A stretch of 62,369 nucleotides of DNA, from NCBI GenBank assembly GCA_016207925.1, contig JACQZB010000130.1:1-62369 (forward strand), in the 5' to 3' direction. Position 1 is the first letter of the stretch. Each line of letters begins with the position of its first letter. A model generated the notes under the pieces. That model was not told the origin of the DNA. It saw only the letters and a program-made list of their open reading frames with translations, and searched no databases. Below are positions 1 through 14,668 of the stretch, piece by piece. The translations under genes were made by a program, and so were the position numbers. Origin of the DNA: Nitrospinota bacterium (lineage in GTDB: Bacteria > Nitrospinota_A > UBA7883).

Positions 1-657
1 CTGGCGGGGGCGTTCTGGTCGGCGGTCAGCGGGGCCATGGGGGCGGCGGCGGCGTTGCTGAACCTGCTGCTCATCCCGGTCGCCGCCGCGTACCTGCTCA
101 ACGATTTCGACCGGCTCAACGCCGCGATCCTGCGCCGCGTGCCGCCCCGGCGGCGCGAGAGCGCGGCCGCTTTCGCCGGCAAGATTGACGCGGTGCTATG
201 GGGTTTCGTGCGGGGGCAGTTGACGGTGGCGGTTATCAATGCGCTGATTTTGTCGGTGGGCTTGACGCTTGTGGGCGCGCCGATGGGGTTGTTCATCGGG
301 CTGGCGGCGGGTCTGGCGGGCATTGTCCCCTACCTGATGGTGGTGGTGGGGCTGATCCCCGCGCTGGTGTTGAGCTACTTGAGCGATGGCGGATGGCTGA
401 CCATGGCGCTGGTGGTGGGGGTGTTCGCTTTGGCGCAGGCGCTGGAAGGGGTTGTCATCTCGCCGTGGGCGCTGGAGAAGGCGGTGGGGCTGCATCCGGT
501 GGCGGTAATGGCGGCGCTGCTGATTGGCGGGATGTTCTTCGGTTTTCTGGGCGTGCTGTTAGCCGTGCCCGCGGCGGCGGCGCTTAAGGTGGCGTTGGCG
601 GAACTGGACGCGGCGTGGCTGGAATCGGAGTTTTATAACCATCCCGGAGCGCGGTGA
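1..657 (+). CDS. AI-2E family transporter (PerM/UPF0118-like), 5'-truncated by the window edge
   Basis: The frame is open from base 1. The product is a multi-TM Gly/Ala/Leu/Val-rich C-terminal half typical of UPF0118 permeases. Confidence 0.7.
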   Translation: MAGAFWSAVSGAMGAAAALLNLLLIPVAAAYLLNDFDRLNAAILRRVPPRRRESAAAFAGKIDAVLWGFVRGQLTVAVINALILSVGLTLVGAPMGLFIGLAAGLAGIVPYLMVVVGLIPALVLSYLSDGGWLTMALVVGVFALAQALEGVVISPWALEKAVGLHPVAVMAALLIGGMFFGFLGVLLAVPAAAALKVALAELDAAWLESEFYNHPGAR

Positions 658-746
658 GGCGGCGCGAGCGCATAGGCGGGGGGGCGCCCGCGCTCCCAGC
701 AGGCGGTTCACGAGTCGTCCCTTTTCTGCAATGCCGCCGCCCGTAA

Positions 747-2989
<2,243 letters not shown>

Positions 2990-3039
2990 CGCATGGGCGG
3001 GCATGTTGACCTATAACGCTATAGGTGGTATCATTCATC

Positions 3040-3324
3040 ATGATACGAAGTTTCAAGGACAAGGAGACCGAGAGGCTTTTTAACCGGAATCAAGTTCGCA
3101 CGTTGCCCGCGGATATCATGCGAACCGCCAAGCGGAAGCTGAACCAGGTGGACGCAACTATTTCATTGCGGACGCTCAAGGTCCCTCCGGGAAACCGGCT
3201 GGAAGCGTTAACGGGTAACCGGCGAGGACAATACAGTATCCGCATAAACGATCAGTGGCGGGTGTGCTTTCGGTGGGAAGATGGTCATGCGCGCGATGTG
3301 GAGATTTGTGATTACCATGGATAA
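3040..3324 (+). CDS. higB: HigB-type toxin (RelE/ParE superfamily plasmid-maintenance killer protein)
   Basis: MIRSFKDKETERLF...PGNRLEALTGNRRGQYSIRINDQWRVCFRWE is the classic HigB/killer-protein pattern. It lies immediately upstream of a HigA-like gene. ATG at 3040 is preferred over GTG at 3025. Confidence 0.85.
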   Translation: MIRSFKDKETERLFNRNQVRTLPADIMRTAKRKLNQVDATISLRTLKVPPGNRLEALTGNRRGQYSIRINDQWRVCFRWEDGHARDVEICDYHG

Positions 3325-3342
3325 TGAAAAGGAGCCGCGGCG

Positions 3343-3663
3343 ATGGCGAAAATGAAGCCAATTCATCCCGGTGAAGTGTTGCTGGAAGATTTTCTGTCGC
3401 CGCTGGGGATCAGCCAGAACCTTTTGGCGCGTGAAACACGAATGTCCCCTCGCCGTATCAACGAGATTACGCTGGGCAAGAGGGCCATCACAGGCGACAC
3501 GGCGATACGGCTGGGGTTATTTTTCGGTGTCGAGCCGGAGTTTTGGATGAACCTCCAATCCCGCTACGATCTGGAATCCGCGCAGGGTGAATTTGAATCC
3601 CGCCGCCCGAAACTTTCCATCAGGGCGGGCCGTTATAAGGCAGTGGCGGCGGCGTCCCGCTAA
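3343..3663 (+). CDS. higA: HigA-type antitoxin (XRE-family HTH)
   Basis: IHPGEVLLEDFL...GISQNLLARETRMSPRRINEITLGKRAITGDTAIRLGLFFG..EFWMNLQ is the HigA/VapI signature. Confidence 0.9.
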   Translation: MAKMKPIHPGEVLLEDFLSPLGISQNLLARETRMSPRRINEITLGKRAITGDTAIRLGLFFGVEPEFWMNLQSRYDLESAQGEFESRRPKLSIRAGRYKAVAAASR

Positions 3664-3733
3664 CCGTTACCGCGCGGGGCGGATTGTGGTAAACTTTAGC
3701 GATAACCGGATTTTCACAGGAGACTAGGTGGCA

Positions 3734-4453
3734 ATGACGAACGAACGGACGACCGGCGCCTACGCCGGCTACCGAGACGCGGAAGCCGCCGCCGAGCAGC
3801 GGCGGTTCATGGTGCGGGTCTATAACTGGATGACCGCCGGACTGGCGTTGACCGCCGCGGTGGCGGGCATCGTGGCCTCCGACGAGGCGCTGCTCCAGCT
3901 TATTTTCGGCAACACCCTCATCGTCATCGGCTTGGTGATCGCCCAGTTGGGGCTGGTGTTCTGGCTGGCCGCGCGGGTCCACCAGATGAGCGCCATGACC
4001 GCCACCTCGGTGTTCATGGGCTATTCCGCCTTGACGGGGCTGACCTTCGCCTCAATCTTCGTGGTGTACCCCATCGCCACGGTGGGCAGCGCGTTTGTGG
4101 TGACCGCGGGCGCGTTCGGCGCCATGAGCGTGTACGGCTACACCACCCAGCGCGACCTTACCTCGTGGGGCAGCTTTCTGTTCATGGGGCTTATCGGCAT
4201 CGTGCTGGCCTCGCTGGTGAACCTGTGGATGGCCAGCCCCGCCGTGCAGTGGGTGGTGACCTATGCGGGCGTGCTGATCTTCACCGGCCTGACGGCGTAC
4301 GACACCCAAAAAATTAAACAGATGAACATCCTGGGCAACGAAGGCACCGAGGAAGACACCAAGGAAGCCATCAGCGGCGCCCTGGCGCTGTACCTGGACT
4401 TCATCAACCTGTTCCTGATGATCCTGCGGGTCATGGGGGGCAACCGCGACTAA
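3734..4453 (+). CDS. Bax inhibitor-1/YccA family membrane protein
   Basis: About 7 TM segments and a C-terminal ...TAYDTQKIK... motif. AGGAG lies about 11 nt upstream of the ATG at 3734. Confidence 0.88.
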   Translation: MTNERTTGAYAGYRDAEAAAEQRRFMVRVYNWMTAGLALTAAVAGIVASDEALLQLIFGNTLIVIGLVIAQLGLVFWLAARVHQMSAMTATSVFMGYSALTGLTFASIFVVYPIATVGSAFVVTAGAFGAMSVYGYTTQRDLTSWGSFLFMGLIGIVLASLVNLWMASPAVQWVVTYAGVLIFTGLTAYDTQKIKQMNILGNEGTEEDTKEAISGALALYLDFINLFLMILRVMGGNRD

Positions 4454-4474
4454 CCGCCGCGCGAACGCGACACC

Positions 4475-4508
4475 AACCGGGGGGCGGCGGCGCTCCCCGG
4501 TTTTTTTA
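4475..4508 (+). terminator. Rho-independent terminator after the BI-1 gene
   Basis: The stem is aaccgggg (4475-4482) pairing with ccccggtt (4495-4502), followed by a T-run through 4507. Confidence 0.6.
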
Positions 4509-4524
4509 TTTGGACGATGCGATC

Positions 4525-4839
4525 ATGAATCTGCCGCAAGACCCGTTTTCGTCATGGCGTTCCGAACGCCTGAAAAAGGAGTCGCTGGCCCGGCGCATCC
4601 TGGGTGTGGAAGAGGGGGCGGACTTTACGCAGGTCAAACGGGCGTGGCGCAGGCTGGCGCGTGAATATCATCCCGACGCCGGGGGCGCCTCCTGGCGGTT
4701 CATGAACATCCACAACGCCTGGCGTGTGCTGGCGCAGGGCGCCGACGAGCCGCTGATAGACGACGCCCGCCCGAAGCCGCGCGACCCGCGCCAGGATGAG
4801 CGCGACTACTTCAACTGGTGGCTGCGCCGCTGGCGGTGA
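4525..4839 (+). CDS. Small J-domain-only protein
   Basis: Contains ...VKRAWRRLAREYHPD.. (HPD tripeptide in a J-domain helix II/III context). No Gly/Phe or zinc-finger region. The start choice (ATG 4525 vs TTG 4510) is uncertain. Confidence 0.65.
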   Translation: MNLPQDPFSSWRSERLKKESLARRILGVEEGADFTQVKRAWRRLAREYHPDAGGASWRFMNIHNAWRVLAQGADEPLIDDARPKPRDPRQDERDYFNWWLRRWR

Positions 4840-4849
4840 ACGGCCTGGA

Positions 4850-5203
4850 TTATCCCCGGTTCAAGCCAAGAATCTGGCTGAGTATGTGTTCAGATGTTTG
4901 CATGGTCTTGTCCGAAACCTCGCCCCACAGGGAGATGAAACGCTCAACGGACACGGACTTGACCTGATCAAGCCGTATGACAGAGGGGTTTTTCACGCCT
5001 CCCTCCGGCGGATGTAAAAGGACATGCAGCCGGAACGGTTTTTTTCTCCTAAACGTGGTGAGGGGGCAAACTACCACAAGCCCCCACAGGCTGGCGTTAA
5101 GCTCGTTAACCGACACCACAAGGGCGGGGTGGGGTTCGCGGATCTCCGCGCCGATGGAAGGGGAGAAATTGACCAGCCAGATTTCACCCCGGCGCGGCGT
5201 CAT
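4850..5203 (-). CDS. MazF/PemK family toxin (mRNA interferase)
   Basis: RGEIWLVNFSPSIGAEIREPHPALVVS...CPLTT is the PemK fold signature. It is coupled to an upstream small RHH gene. Confidence 0.85.
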   Translation of the reverse strand: MTPRRGEIWLVNFSPSIGAEIREPHPALVVSVNELNASLWGLVVVCPLTTFRRKKPFRLHVLLHPPEGGVKNPSVIRLDQVKSVSVERFISLWGEVSDKTMQTSEHILSQILGLNRG

Positions 5204-5430
5204 TAATCCCGCTTATCCTTAAGAACGCCTTCAAAAGCGGCGCGGACGCGGCGTTCATCCTTGTCCAGAAAGGCCTTCGCCTCGCGGTCAAAGTCATCCC
5301 AGAAGGATGCTTCATGCCGGTCCAGCAGCGCATCTATGAGCGCCCCTACGTTCATCTGGCTGCGGGCGGAAAGTTTTTTTAACCGCGCGCGGGTTTTCTT
5401 GCGGACCCGGATGGTGGTGGTGCCGGTCAT
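5203..5430 (-). CDS. Ribbon-helix-helix (CopG/MazE-like) antitoxin
   Basis: 75 aa with an N-terminal TTIRVRKKTRARLKKLS beta-strand/helix RHH pattern. Its stop overlaps the toxin start. Confidence 0.7.
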   Translation of the reverse strand: MTGTTTIRVRKKTRARLKKLSARSQMNVGALIDALLDRHEASFWDDFDREAKAFLDKDERRVRAAFEGVLKDKRD

Positions 5431-5589
5431 GGGCTCTCCCGATAATCTACTTATCTACATATTCCGGCCCGCGCCATGATTTGTCAAGCGCGGGGGCGCC
5501 GTCCGCCCTGTCCGCCGCGCCGCCGGTAGATAGCCAACATGGTGGCGTATAACATGCGCCGTGTTACACTTACCACCCAAAGCTAGGAA

Positions 5590-6732
5590 TTGTACTCGCG
5601 CCCGCGGCATAAGCAAATGGATCTGGCCTCTTACCGTAAAGTTTCGTCCGACCCCACGCTGGAAAAGGACTACCTCCAGTTCAAGTACCGGGAGCTGCGT
5701 AGATTCGCCGCGATTGTCTGCCTGGCGGGGGCGGCGGTCAGCGGCAGTTTGTGGTGGCTGGCCCGGTCGGTGGATCCGTACAACGCGGGCTATGTGGCGC
5801 TTCACTATGTGGTCATGGCGTTGAGCCTGGCCACGCTGGGGGCGGCGTACTGGCGTTTGGGAGTTTCGCGCCTGACGCCGTGGGCCTTTTTTTTCGTGAT
5901 GCTGCTTACGCAGCACGAGCGGTTGGCCATTTTGTCGCTGCTGACCAACGGTTTCAAATTGGGGTTCAACGGCCAGCTTCATTTCTTTTTTCTGATTCCG
6001 CTGGCCGGCCTGCCCTTGGGCGCCCGGTGGACGGTGACGGCGCTGGCGGCCACGACCCTGTATCCTTTGCTGCTGCACGGCATGGGGCTGATACCCGATT
6101 TTCCCGCGGCGTTGCATGTGGGCCTGTTCGCGATGCTCTTTATCCCCGCACTGGCGATCCTGTTCATGTTCGAGGTGATCTTCCGCCGCCTGTTCCTGTA
6201 CCAGCGCGAGATCAAAAGCCTGGCGGACACCGACCCCTTGACTGGGCTGGATAACCGCCGCCGGTTTTTCTCCGAAGCCGGCAAACTTGTCAACCTTGCC
6301 CACCGCTATTACCATCCCTTCTGCCTGCTGGTGGCCGACTTGGACCACTTCAAGTCCATCAATGACCGTTTCGGCCACGCCGCGGGCGACCAGGCGCTGT
6401 GCCACGCCGCCACGGCCATGACCCGTCAACTGCGGGACACCGATGAAGTGGGCCGCATCGGCGGTGATGAGTTCGCGATTGTCCTGCCGGAGACCGGGCC
6501 AGAGGAAGGGATGCGCATCGCCGAGCGCGTCCGGGCCGCCGTGGCCGCATCGCCGCTCCCTCCCGATCCGTCCGGCGCGTCCCCGCCGGGGATCACCGTA
6601 AGCGTGGGTCTGGCCTGCGCCGGCGCGCGCGAAAACGTCTCCGTGACGGAAATATTCCGCCGCGCGGATGAAGCGCTCTACCAAGCCAAACTCGCCGGAC
6701 GCGACCGCGTGGCCCCGGCTGATCCCGCCTGA
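5590..6732 (+). CDS. Membrane-anchored diguanylate cyclase (GGDEF)
   Basis: N-terminal multi-TM region, then DPLTGLDNRR...RIGGDEFAIVL with an RxxD I-site (RDTD) five residues upstream. The start may instead be ATG 5617. Confidence 0.85.
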   Translation: MYSRPRHKQMDLASYRKVSSDPTLEKDYLQFKYRELRRFAAIVCLAGAAVSGSLWWLARSVDPYNAGYVALHYVVMALSLATLGAAYWRLGVSRLTPWAFFFVMLLTQHERLAILSLLTNGFKLGFNGQLHFFFLIPLAGLPLGARWTVTALAATTLYPLLLHGMGLIPDFPAALHVGLFAMLFIPALAILFMFEVIFRRLFLYQREIKSLADTDPLTGLDNRRRFFSEAGKLVNLAHRYYHPFCLLVADLDHFKSINDRFGHAAGDQALCHAATAMTRQLRDTDEVGRIGGDEFAIVLPETGPEEGMRIAERVRAAVAASPLPPDPSGASPPGITVSVGLACAGARENVSVTEIFRRADEALYQAKLAGRDRVAPADPA

Positions 6733-6798
6733 TTCCCCCCGCGCCTCAAATTGCCGTTGCAATTATGAAATTACTAATGGTTTAATTAAAGTTTCGCT

Positions 6799-6875
6799 GG
6801 TGGGTGTAGCTCAGCTGGTAGAGCTCTGGATTGTGGTTCCAGCCGTCGCGGGTTCGATCCCCGTCACTCACCCCA
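6799..6875 (+). tRNA. tRNA-His (anticodon GTG)
   Basis: Hand-folded cloverleaf. Acceptor GTGGGTG/CACTCAC; D arm GCTC-AGCTGGTA-GAGC; anticodon arm CTGGA-TTGTGGT-TCCAG; T arm GCGGG-TTCGATC-CCCGT. G-1 is encoded opposite C73, and the CCA end is encoded. Confidence 0.93.
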
Positions 6876-6988
6876 TTCCTCAAGCTCCTCCCCCCTCGCC
6901 GCCGCATACGTCAGCGCAGGGGGTGACCGTAAAACGTCTGTTATATCAGCGCGTTGCAATAATATTCAGCCCCCTGCGCGAAAGCCCG

Positions 6989-7017
6989 TTGAAAATCACC
7001 GGCGAAATCATTACACT
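6989..7017 (+). promoter_or_regulatory. Candidate sigma70-type promoter for the atp operon
   Basis: TTGAAA-17 nt-TACACT, about 100 nt upstream of the first atp gene. Pattern match only. Confidence 0.3.
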
Positions 7018-7119
7018 AACCGCTTTTGATACGCCATGTATTCGTATTTGCGATAAGCTCATAAGCCGTTAACGGGATCGCGGCCCGGCAAGAGGGGGCC
7101 GCGCGGAGCCTGATAGGGT

Positions 7120-7545
7120 ATGGTCGAAGTCAATTTCACGTTCTGGATACAGGCGGTGAATTTCATCATCATCCTCCTGTTCCTGAACCGTTTTATCTTC
7201 AAGCCCATTCTGGCGCGCCTGGACGAGCGCGAGCGGGTGTTCAAGGCCATGAAGGACGAGGCCGACCGCGTCTCCCGCGATGGGGCGGACAAGCTTGCCC
7301 GGTTCGAGCAGGAGATGGTCAGGATGCGCCATGACGCCTCCGTGATACTCGGCGACGCCCGGCGCGACGCGATGCAAAGCTTGAGCAAGACGGTCGAGGA
7401 GTCCAAGACCACGTTCCGCCAGCGTGTCGAAACCGCCCGTGAGCAGATCGCCCAGGAGTCCGCCGCCGCCAGCGCCTCGTTGCGCGGCGAGGTGGAAGGG
7501 TTGGCCCGCGCCATGGCGGAAAAAATTCTTGGGAGGAAGATGTGA
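7120..7545 (+). CDS. F0F1 ATP synthase subunit b' (b-type paralog)
   Basis: A single N-terminal TM (FWIQAVNFIIILLFLNRFIFKPI) followed by a long charged helix. First gene of the atp operon. Confidence 0.8.
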   Translation: MVEVNFTFWIQAVNFIIILLFLNRFIFKPILARLDERERVFKAMKDEADRVSRDGADKLARFEQEMVRMRHDASVILGDARRDAMQSLSKTVEESKTTFRQRVETAREQIAQESAAASASLRGEVEGLARAMAEKILGRKM

Positions 7546-8117
7546 CGGCGGCGCGCCCGGCGTTTCTTCTTGCGGCGGCGCTAATGGCGTTGCTTCCCGG
7601 CGCCGCCGCGGCGTCCGGCATCCCCATGGCAGAGGAGTGGGACTGGGCGCGCGACGGCGGACGCATCATAAACTCGCTGGTGGTGCTCGGCGCGGTGGCG
7701 TGGCTGGTGATCCGTTTCGGCGGGCCGGTGGTCAAGCGCCGGGCGCAATCCATCGCCGAACGGCTGCGCGAGCTTGAAGAGGCCCGCGCCAAGGCCCTGG
7801 GCGCGCTGGCCACGTATGAGGAAAAGCTCAAGAGCATCGAGGCCGAAAGCGAAAAGGTCCGCGAGGAAGCGCGCCGCGAGGGGGAGATGATCCGCCAGCG
7901 CATTCTGGAGCAGGCCCGGCGCGAGGCGGCCCTGATCCTGGAAAAAGCCGGCGAGCAAGTGGCGCTGGAAACCGAAAAGGCCCGCCAAAGCCTCAAGCGC
8001 GACGCGCTGACCGCCGCGCTGGACGCCGCGGAGGAAATCCTCAAGCGCCAGATCGGCCCCGCCGACCACAAGCGTTTGGTGGAGGATTACCTTTCCCGCG
8101 TGGAGAAGATGAATTGA
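7542..8117 (+). CDS. atpF: F0F1 ATP synthase subunit b
   Basis: TM plus a long Glu/Lys/Arg/Ala coiled helix (..AERLRELEEARAKA..). GTGA overlap with the upstream gene. Confidence 0.8.
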   Translation: MTAARPAFLLAAALMALLPGAAAASGIPMAEEWDWARDGGRIINSLVVLGAVAWLVIRFGGPVVKRRAQSIAERLRELEEARAKALGALATYEEKLKSIEAESEKVREEARREGEMIRQRILEQARREAALILEKAGEQVALETEKARQSLKRDALTAALDAAEEILKRQIGPADHKRLVEDYLSRVEKMN

Positions 8118-8650
8118 AAGACACCGCCGCCGCCCGCCGCTACGCCAAGGCGCTCGCCGCCACGGTGGGGGATGCCGCCGCGCTGGAGAAGGCCGCGGCG
8201 GAGCTTGCCCTTTTCGCCGGCGTGGTGGAGCAAAGCCGCGCGCTACGCTCGGTGATGCAAAATCCCGCGGTGCGCGAGGAGGCCAAAGCGGCCATCCTCG
8301 AAGAGGTGTTGACCCGCATGGGCGCCTCCGCCGTCACCGCGCGGATACTGTCGCTGATCCGCGCGCGCGGGCGCCTGGCGCTGGTCCGCCGCATCGCCGA
8401 GGAGGCGGAGCGCATCGCGTTCGAGCGCATGGGCAAGACCCGTGTCGAAGTGGTTTCCGCCACGGCCCTTTCGGACGCCGACAAGGCGGAGTTGGCAAAA
8501 CGGATGTCCGCCCTCTCCGGCAAGGAGGCGGTGGTAACCACGCGCGTGGACCCGTCGCTGATCGGCGGCGTGGTGGCGCGCATAGGCAGCGTCGTGTACG
8601 ACGGCAGCGTGAAAAACCAGCTTGTGGCGTTACGCCTGGGCATGGGATGA
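8114..8650 (+). CDS. atpH: F0F1 ATP synthase subunit delta (OSCP)
   Basis: 178 aa with RYAKALA at the N-terminus and ..[25 protein letters not shown] at the C-terminus, both OSCP hallmarks. Confidence 0.88.
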   Translation: MKDTAAARRYAKALAATVGDAAALEKAAAELALFAGVVEQSRALRSVMQNPAVREEAKAAILEEVLTRMGASAVTARILSLIRARGRLALVRRIAEEAERIAFERMGKTRVEVVSATALSDADKAELAKRMSALSGKEAVVTTRVDPSLIGGVVARIGSVVYDGSVKNQLVALRLGMG

Positions 8651-8663
8651 GGGAAGAAGGACG

Positions 8664-10172
<1,509 letters not shown>

Positions 10173-10187
10173 CCGGGGAAATCAGCC

Positions 10188-12178
<1,991 letters not shown>

Positions 12179-12181
12179 CCG

Positions 12182-12607
12182 ATGGCCAACGCGGACGAGG
12201 CGCCCGAAGGCGCGCTGGCGCTTTCCGTCATCACTCCCGTGCGGCGGGTGGCGGAGACCTCCGTCTCCATGGTCACCTTGCCGGGCGTGGACGGGGACTT
12301 TGGCGCCATGCCGGGCCACATGGCCTTTATCACTACACTGCGCCCCGGCGTGGTCACCTACGACGAGGGCGGCATGCCCCGGCGGGTGGCGGTCTCCGGC
12401 GGCATCGTGGATGTCACTGGCGGCAAGGTGGTGATCCTGGCGCGCACCGCGGAGCCTGCCCAGGAAGTGGACCTGGACCGCGCCCGCCGCGCGCGTGAAA
12501 GCGCCGAAAGCCAGCTTTCCGCCCTGACCTACGCCGACGAACATTGGGCGCGCTGGGAAGCCAAGCTGGCCCGCGCCATCGCCCGCATCACCACCGCCGA
12601 GGGCTGA
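12182..12607 (+). CDS. atpC: F0F1 ATP synthase subunit epsilon
   Basis: 141 aa. The beta-sandwich N-terminus (SVITPVRRV...VTLPGVDGDFGAMPGH) plus a helical C-terminus fits epsilon. Confidence 0.9.
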   Translation: MANADEAPEGALALSVITPVRRVAETSVSMVTLPGVDGDFGAMPGHMAFITTLRPGVVTYDEGGMPRRVAVSGGIVDVTGGKVVILARTAEPAQEVDLDRARRARESAESQLSALTYADEHWARWEAKLARAIARITTAEG

Positions 12608-12630
12608 TAGTTTTCCGGGTAGTGCGTCAG

Positions 12631-12773
12631 TTTGAATTATTTTTGGAAAAGCGTGCAGCAAGGTTTTTCGGCTTTGCCTCAGGACTTCAACAATAAGCGT
12701 GAGATGCCTTTACCGGCGCCCTGGGCGGAGCGAAGGGCCTTGCGGTTCAGATTTCAAATTGAGCCACTACTGT
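12631..12773 (+). repeat. 143-bp dispersed repeat, copy A (partner in inverted orientation at 50336-50478)
   Basis: Manual alignment with the reverse complement of 50336-50478 gives 136/143 identical positions and no gaps. Confidence 0.9.
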
Positions 12774-12841
12774 TTTCAGGGCCGCATTTTCACGCCGCGG
12801 GCCATGTGATACCATGGCGGTGGAGCAACTGCGCAGGGATC

Positions 12842-13534
12842 ATGGCCAAGATTCTGGTGGTGGACGACGACCCCAACGTCGCCTTGTTGGTCAAAATGAC
12901 CCTGTCCAAATCCCGCGACTACCAGATTGACATCGCCAGCAACGGCCACGAGGCGCTCGAAAAGATCGGCTCGGCGCCCCCCGACCTGGTGCTTCTGGAC
13001 CTGATGATGCCCGGCATTGACGGCATGGAAGTCTGCCGCCGCGTCAAGTCCGACGAAAAACTCAAGTTCATCCCCGTCATCATGCTCACCGCCAAGCGCG
13101 AGGCCGGCGACATGATCCGGGGCATGGACATGGGCGCCAACGACTACATCACCAAACCCTTCAACCCGGAGGAGCTGCTGGCCCGCGTCCGGGTGCATCT
13201 GCGGATCAAGTCGCTGGAGCGCGAAGCCGCGGCCAACCGGGAGCTTTCCGCCGTGCTCAAGATGTCGGTCACGCTGCAGCACGAAATCAACAATCCGCTC
13301 ACCGGCATCATCGGCAATGTGGACCTGCTCAAGGAGTGGGACCGGCTGACCGGCCACGAGCGGGAGGACATCGTGGCCACCATCCACGCCTCCGCGATGC
13401 GGATCAAGGAGATCATCCGGCAGATGGGCAAGATCACCCGCATCATTTCCACACCCTACGCCGGTACCAGCGAAATGATTGACATTGACAAGTCCTCCGA
13501 ATCGGCGGACAAAGGGCCAATCGCCTCGGCGTGA
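12842..13534 (+). CDS. Response-regulator receiver fused to a HisKA-like (DHp) domain, with no ATPase domain
   Basis: MAKILVVDDDPN...LVLLDLMMPGIDG...DYITKPF is the REC domain. LQHEINNPLTGIIGNVDLL is the H-box. The protein ends about 75 aa later without N/G1/G2 boxes. The start is set at ATG 12842, because the longer ORF runs through the repeat. Confidence 0.8.
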   Translation: MAKILVVDDDPNVALLVKMTLSKSRDYQIDIASNGHEALEKIGSAPPDLVLLDLMMPGIDGMEVCRRVKSDEKLKFIPVIMLTAKREAGDMIRGMDMGANDYITKPFNPEELLARVRVHLRIKSLEREAAANRELSAVLKMSVTLQHEINNPLTGIIGNVDLLKEWDRLTGHEREDIVATIHASAMRIKEIIRQMGKITRIISTPYAGTSEMIDIDKSSESADKGPIASA

Positions 13535-14661
13535 CTTACCTGCAAGGGGGAGACGGACTGAAGCGAAGGGAGTTTCTTGCCACCGCGGGGCTGGCCGCGG
13601 CGGGGCTGGCGGCGTGTTCAAAACCGGCGGCGGAACCCAAGCCGCAAGCGCCCGGCGCCGCGGCGAGAAAAACCTACGAGTGGAAAATGGCCACTTCGTG
13701 GCCGCCCGGTTTCCCTGTATTCCAGACCGGGATGGAGCAGTTCGCCGCGCGCGTCAAGGAGATGAGCGGCGGGCGGCTCTCCATCCGCGTCTATGCCGGG
13801 GGCGAATTGATACCGCCGCTGGAGGTGTTCGACGCGATCTCCGCGGGCACGGTGGAGATGGGGCACTCCGCCTCTTACTACTGGGCCGGCAAGGCGCCGG
13901 AGCTGCAACTGTTCACCACCTCGCCCTTCGGGCTTACCGCGCAGCAGTTCAACGCATGGTTCTACCACGGCGGCGGGCTGGAGCTGATGCACGAGATGTA
14001 CAAGCCGTACAACATCATCACGTTCCCCTCATGCAACACCGGCGTGCAGATGGGCGGCTGGTTCAACCGCAAGATCGAGCGCATCGAGGACTTCAACGGG
14101 CTTAAAATGCGCATCCCCGGCCTGGGCGGCAGGGTGGTGGCCAAGGCGGGCGTCAACGTGGTGCTGATGGCCGCGGGCGAGTTGTACACCGCGTTGGAGC
14201 GGGGAACCATTGACGCGCTGGAATGGGTGGGGCCGTACCACGACCTTAAGCTCGGTTTCTACCGCGCCGCCAAGTACTACTATTACCCCGGCTGGCACGA
14301 GCCGGGCACCATGCTGGAGCTGATGGTCAACCTCAAGGCGTGGGAGTCGCTGCCGAAGGATCTGCAAATGATCGTTGAGGCCGCCGCCGCGCAGAGCAAT
14401 CTGCTTGGGCTGGCGGAGTTCGACGCGAAAAACGGCGAAGCGCTCAACGAGTTGGTGAACACGTATAAAGCGCAGGTACTCAAGTTCCCCGATGAGGTGT
14501 TAAAGACGCTGCACGGCTACGCGCGGGAGGTGCTGGAGGAGGAGGCGGCCAAGTCGCCCGGCCAACGCAAGGTGTACGACGCCTTTCGCGCCTTCGCCGG
14601 ACGGGTGGAGCCGTGGACCCGCATGAGCGAACGCGCCTTCATGGAAGCCAAGGGGCTGTGA
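13531..14661 (+). CDS. TRAP transporter substrate-binding protein (DctP-type) with a Tat-like signal
   Basis: Contains RREFLATAGLAAAGLAAC, W-K-M-ATSWP, and AGGELIPPLEVFDAISAGTVEMGH. Confidence 0.85.
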   Translation: MTYLQGGDGLKRREFLATAGLAAAGLAACSKPAAEPKPQAPGAAARKTYEWKMATSWPPGFPVFQTGMEQFAARVKEMSGGRLSIRVYAGGELIPPLEVFDAISAGTVEMGHSASYYWAGKAPELQLFTTSPFGLTAQQFNAWFYHGGGLELMHEMYKPYNIITFPSCNTGVQMGGWFNRKIERIEDFNGLKMRIPGLGGRVVAKAGVNVVLMAAGELYTALERGTIDALEWVGPYHDLKLGFYRAAKYYYYPGWHEPGTMLELMVNLKAWESLPKDLQMIVEAAAAQSNLLGLAEFDAKNGEALNELVNTYKAQVLKFPDEVLKTLHGYAREVLEEEAAKSPGQRKVYDAFRAFAGRVEPWTRMSERAFMEAKGL

Positions 14662-14668
14662 CCGGCTT

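Noticed and set aside
6668-7072. A 134-aa ORF spanning the tRNA-His gene.
   Set aside because: It overlaps a well-folding tRNA on the same strand, has no motif, and has low-complexity Pro/Ser-rich parts. It is a spurious ORF.
6799-7119. tRNA-His as an integration hotspot marking a mobile island.
   Set aside because: No integrase, excisionase or duplicated tRNA 3' end was seen on either side within reach. Downstream is the atp operon. Only the nearby TA modules hint at variability.
12632-12841. A 70-aa N-terminal extension of the REC-DHp gene (ORF called from 12632).
   Set aside because: The extension runs straight through the noncoding 143-bp repeat and has no receiver-domain homology. The canonical MAKILVVDDD start is at 12842.
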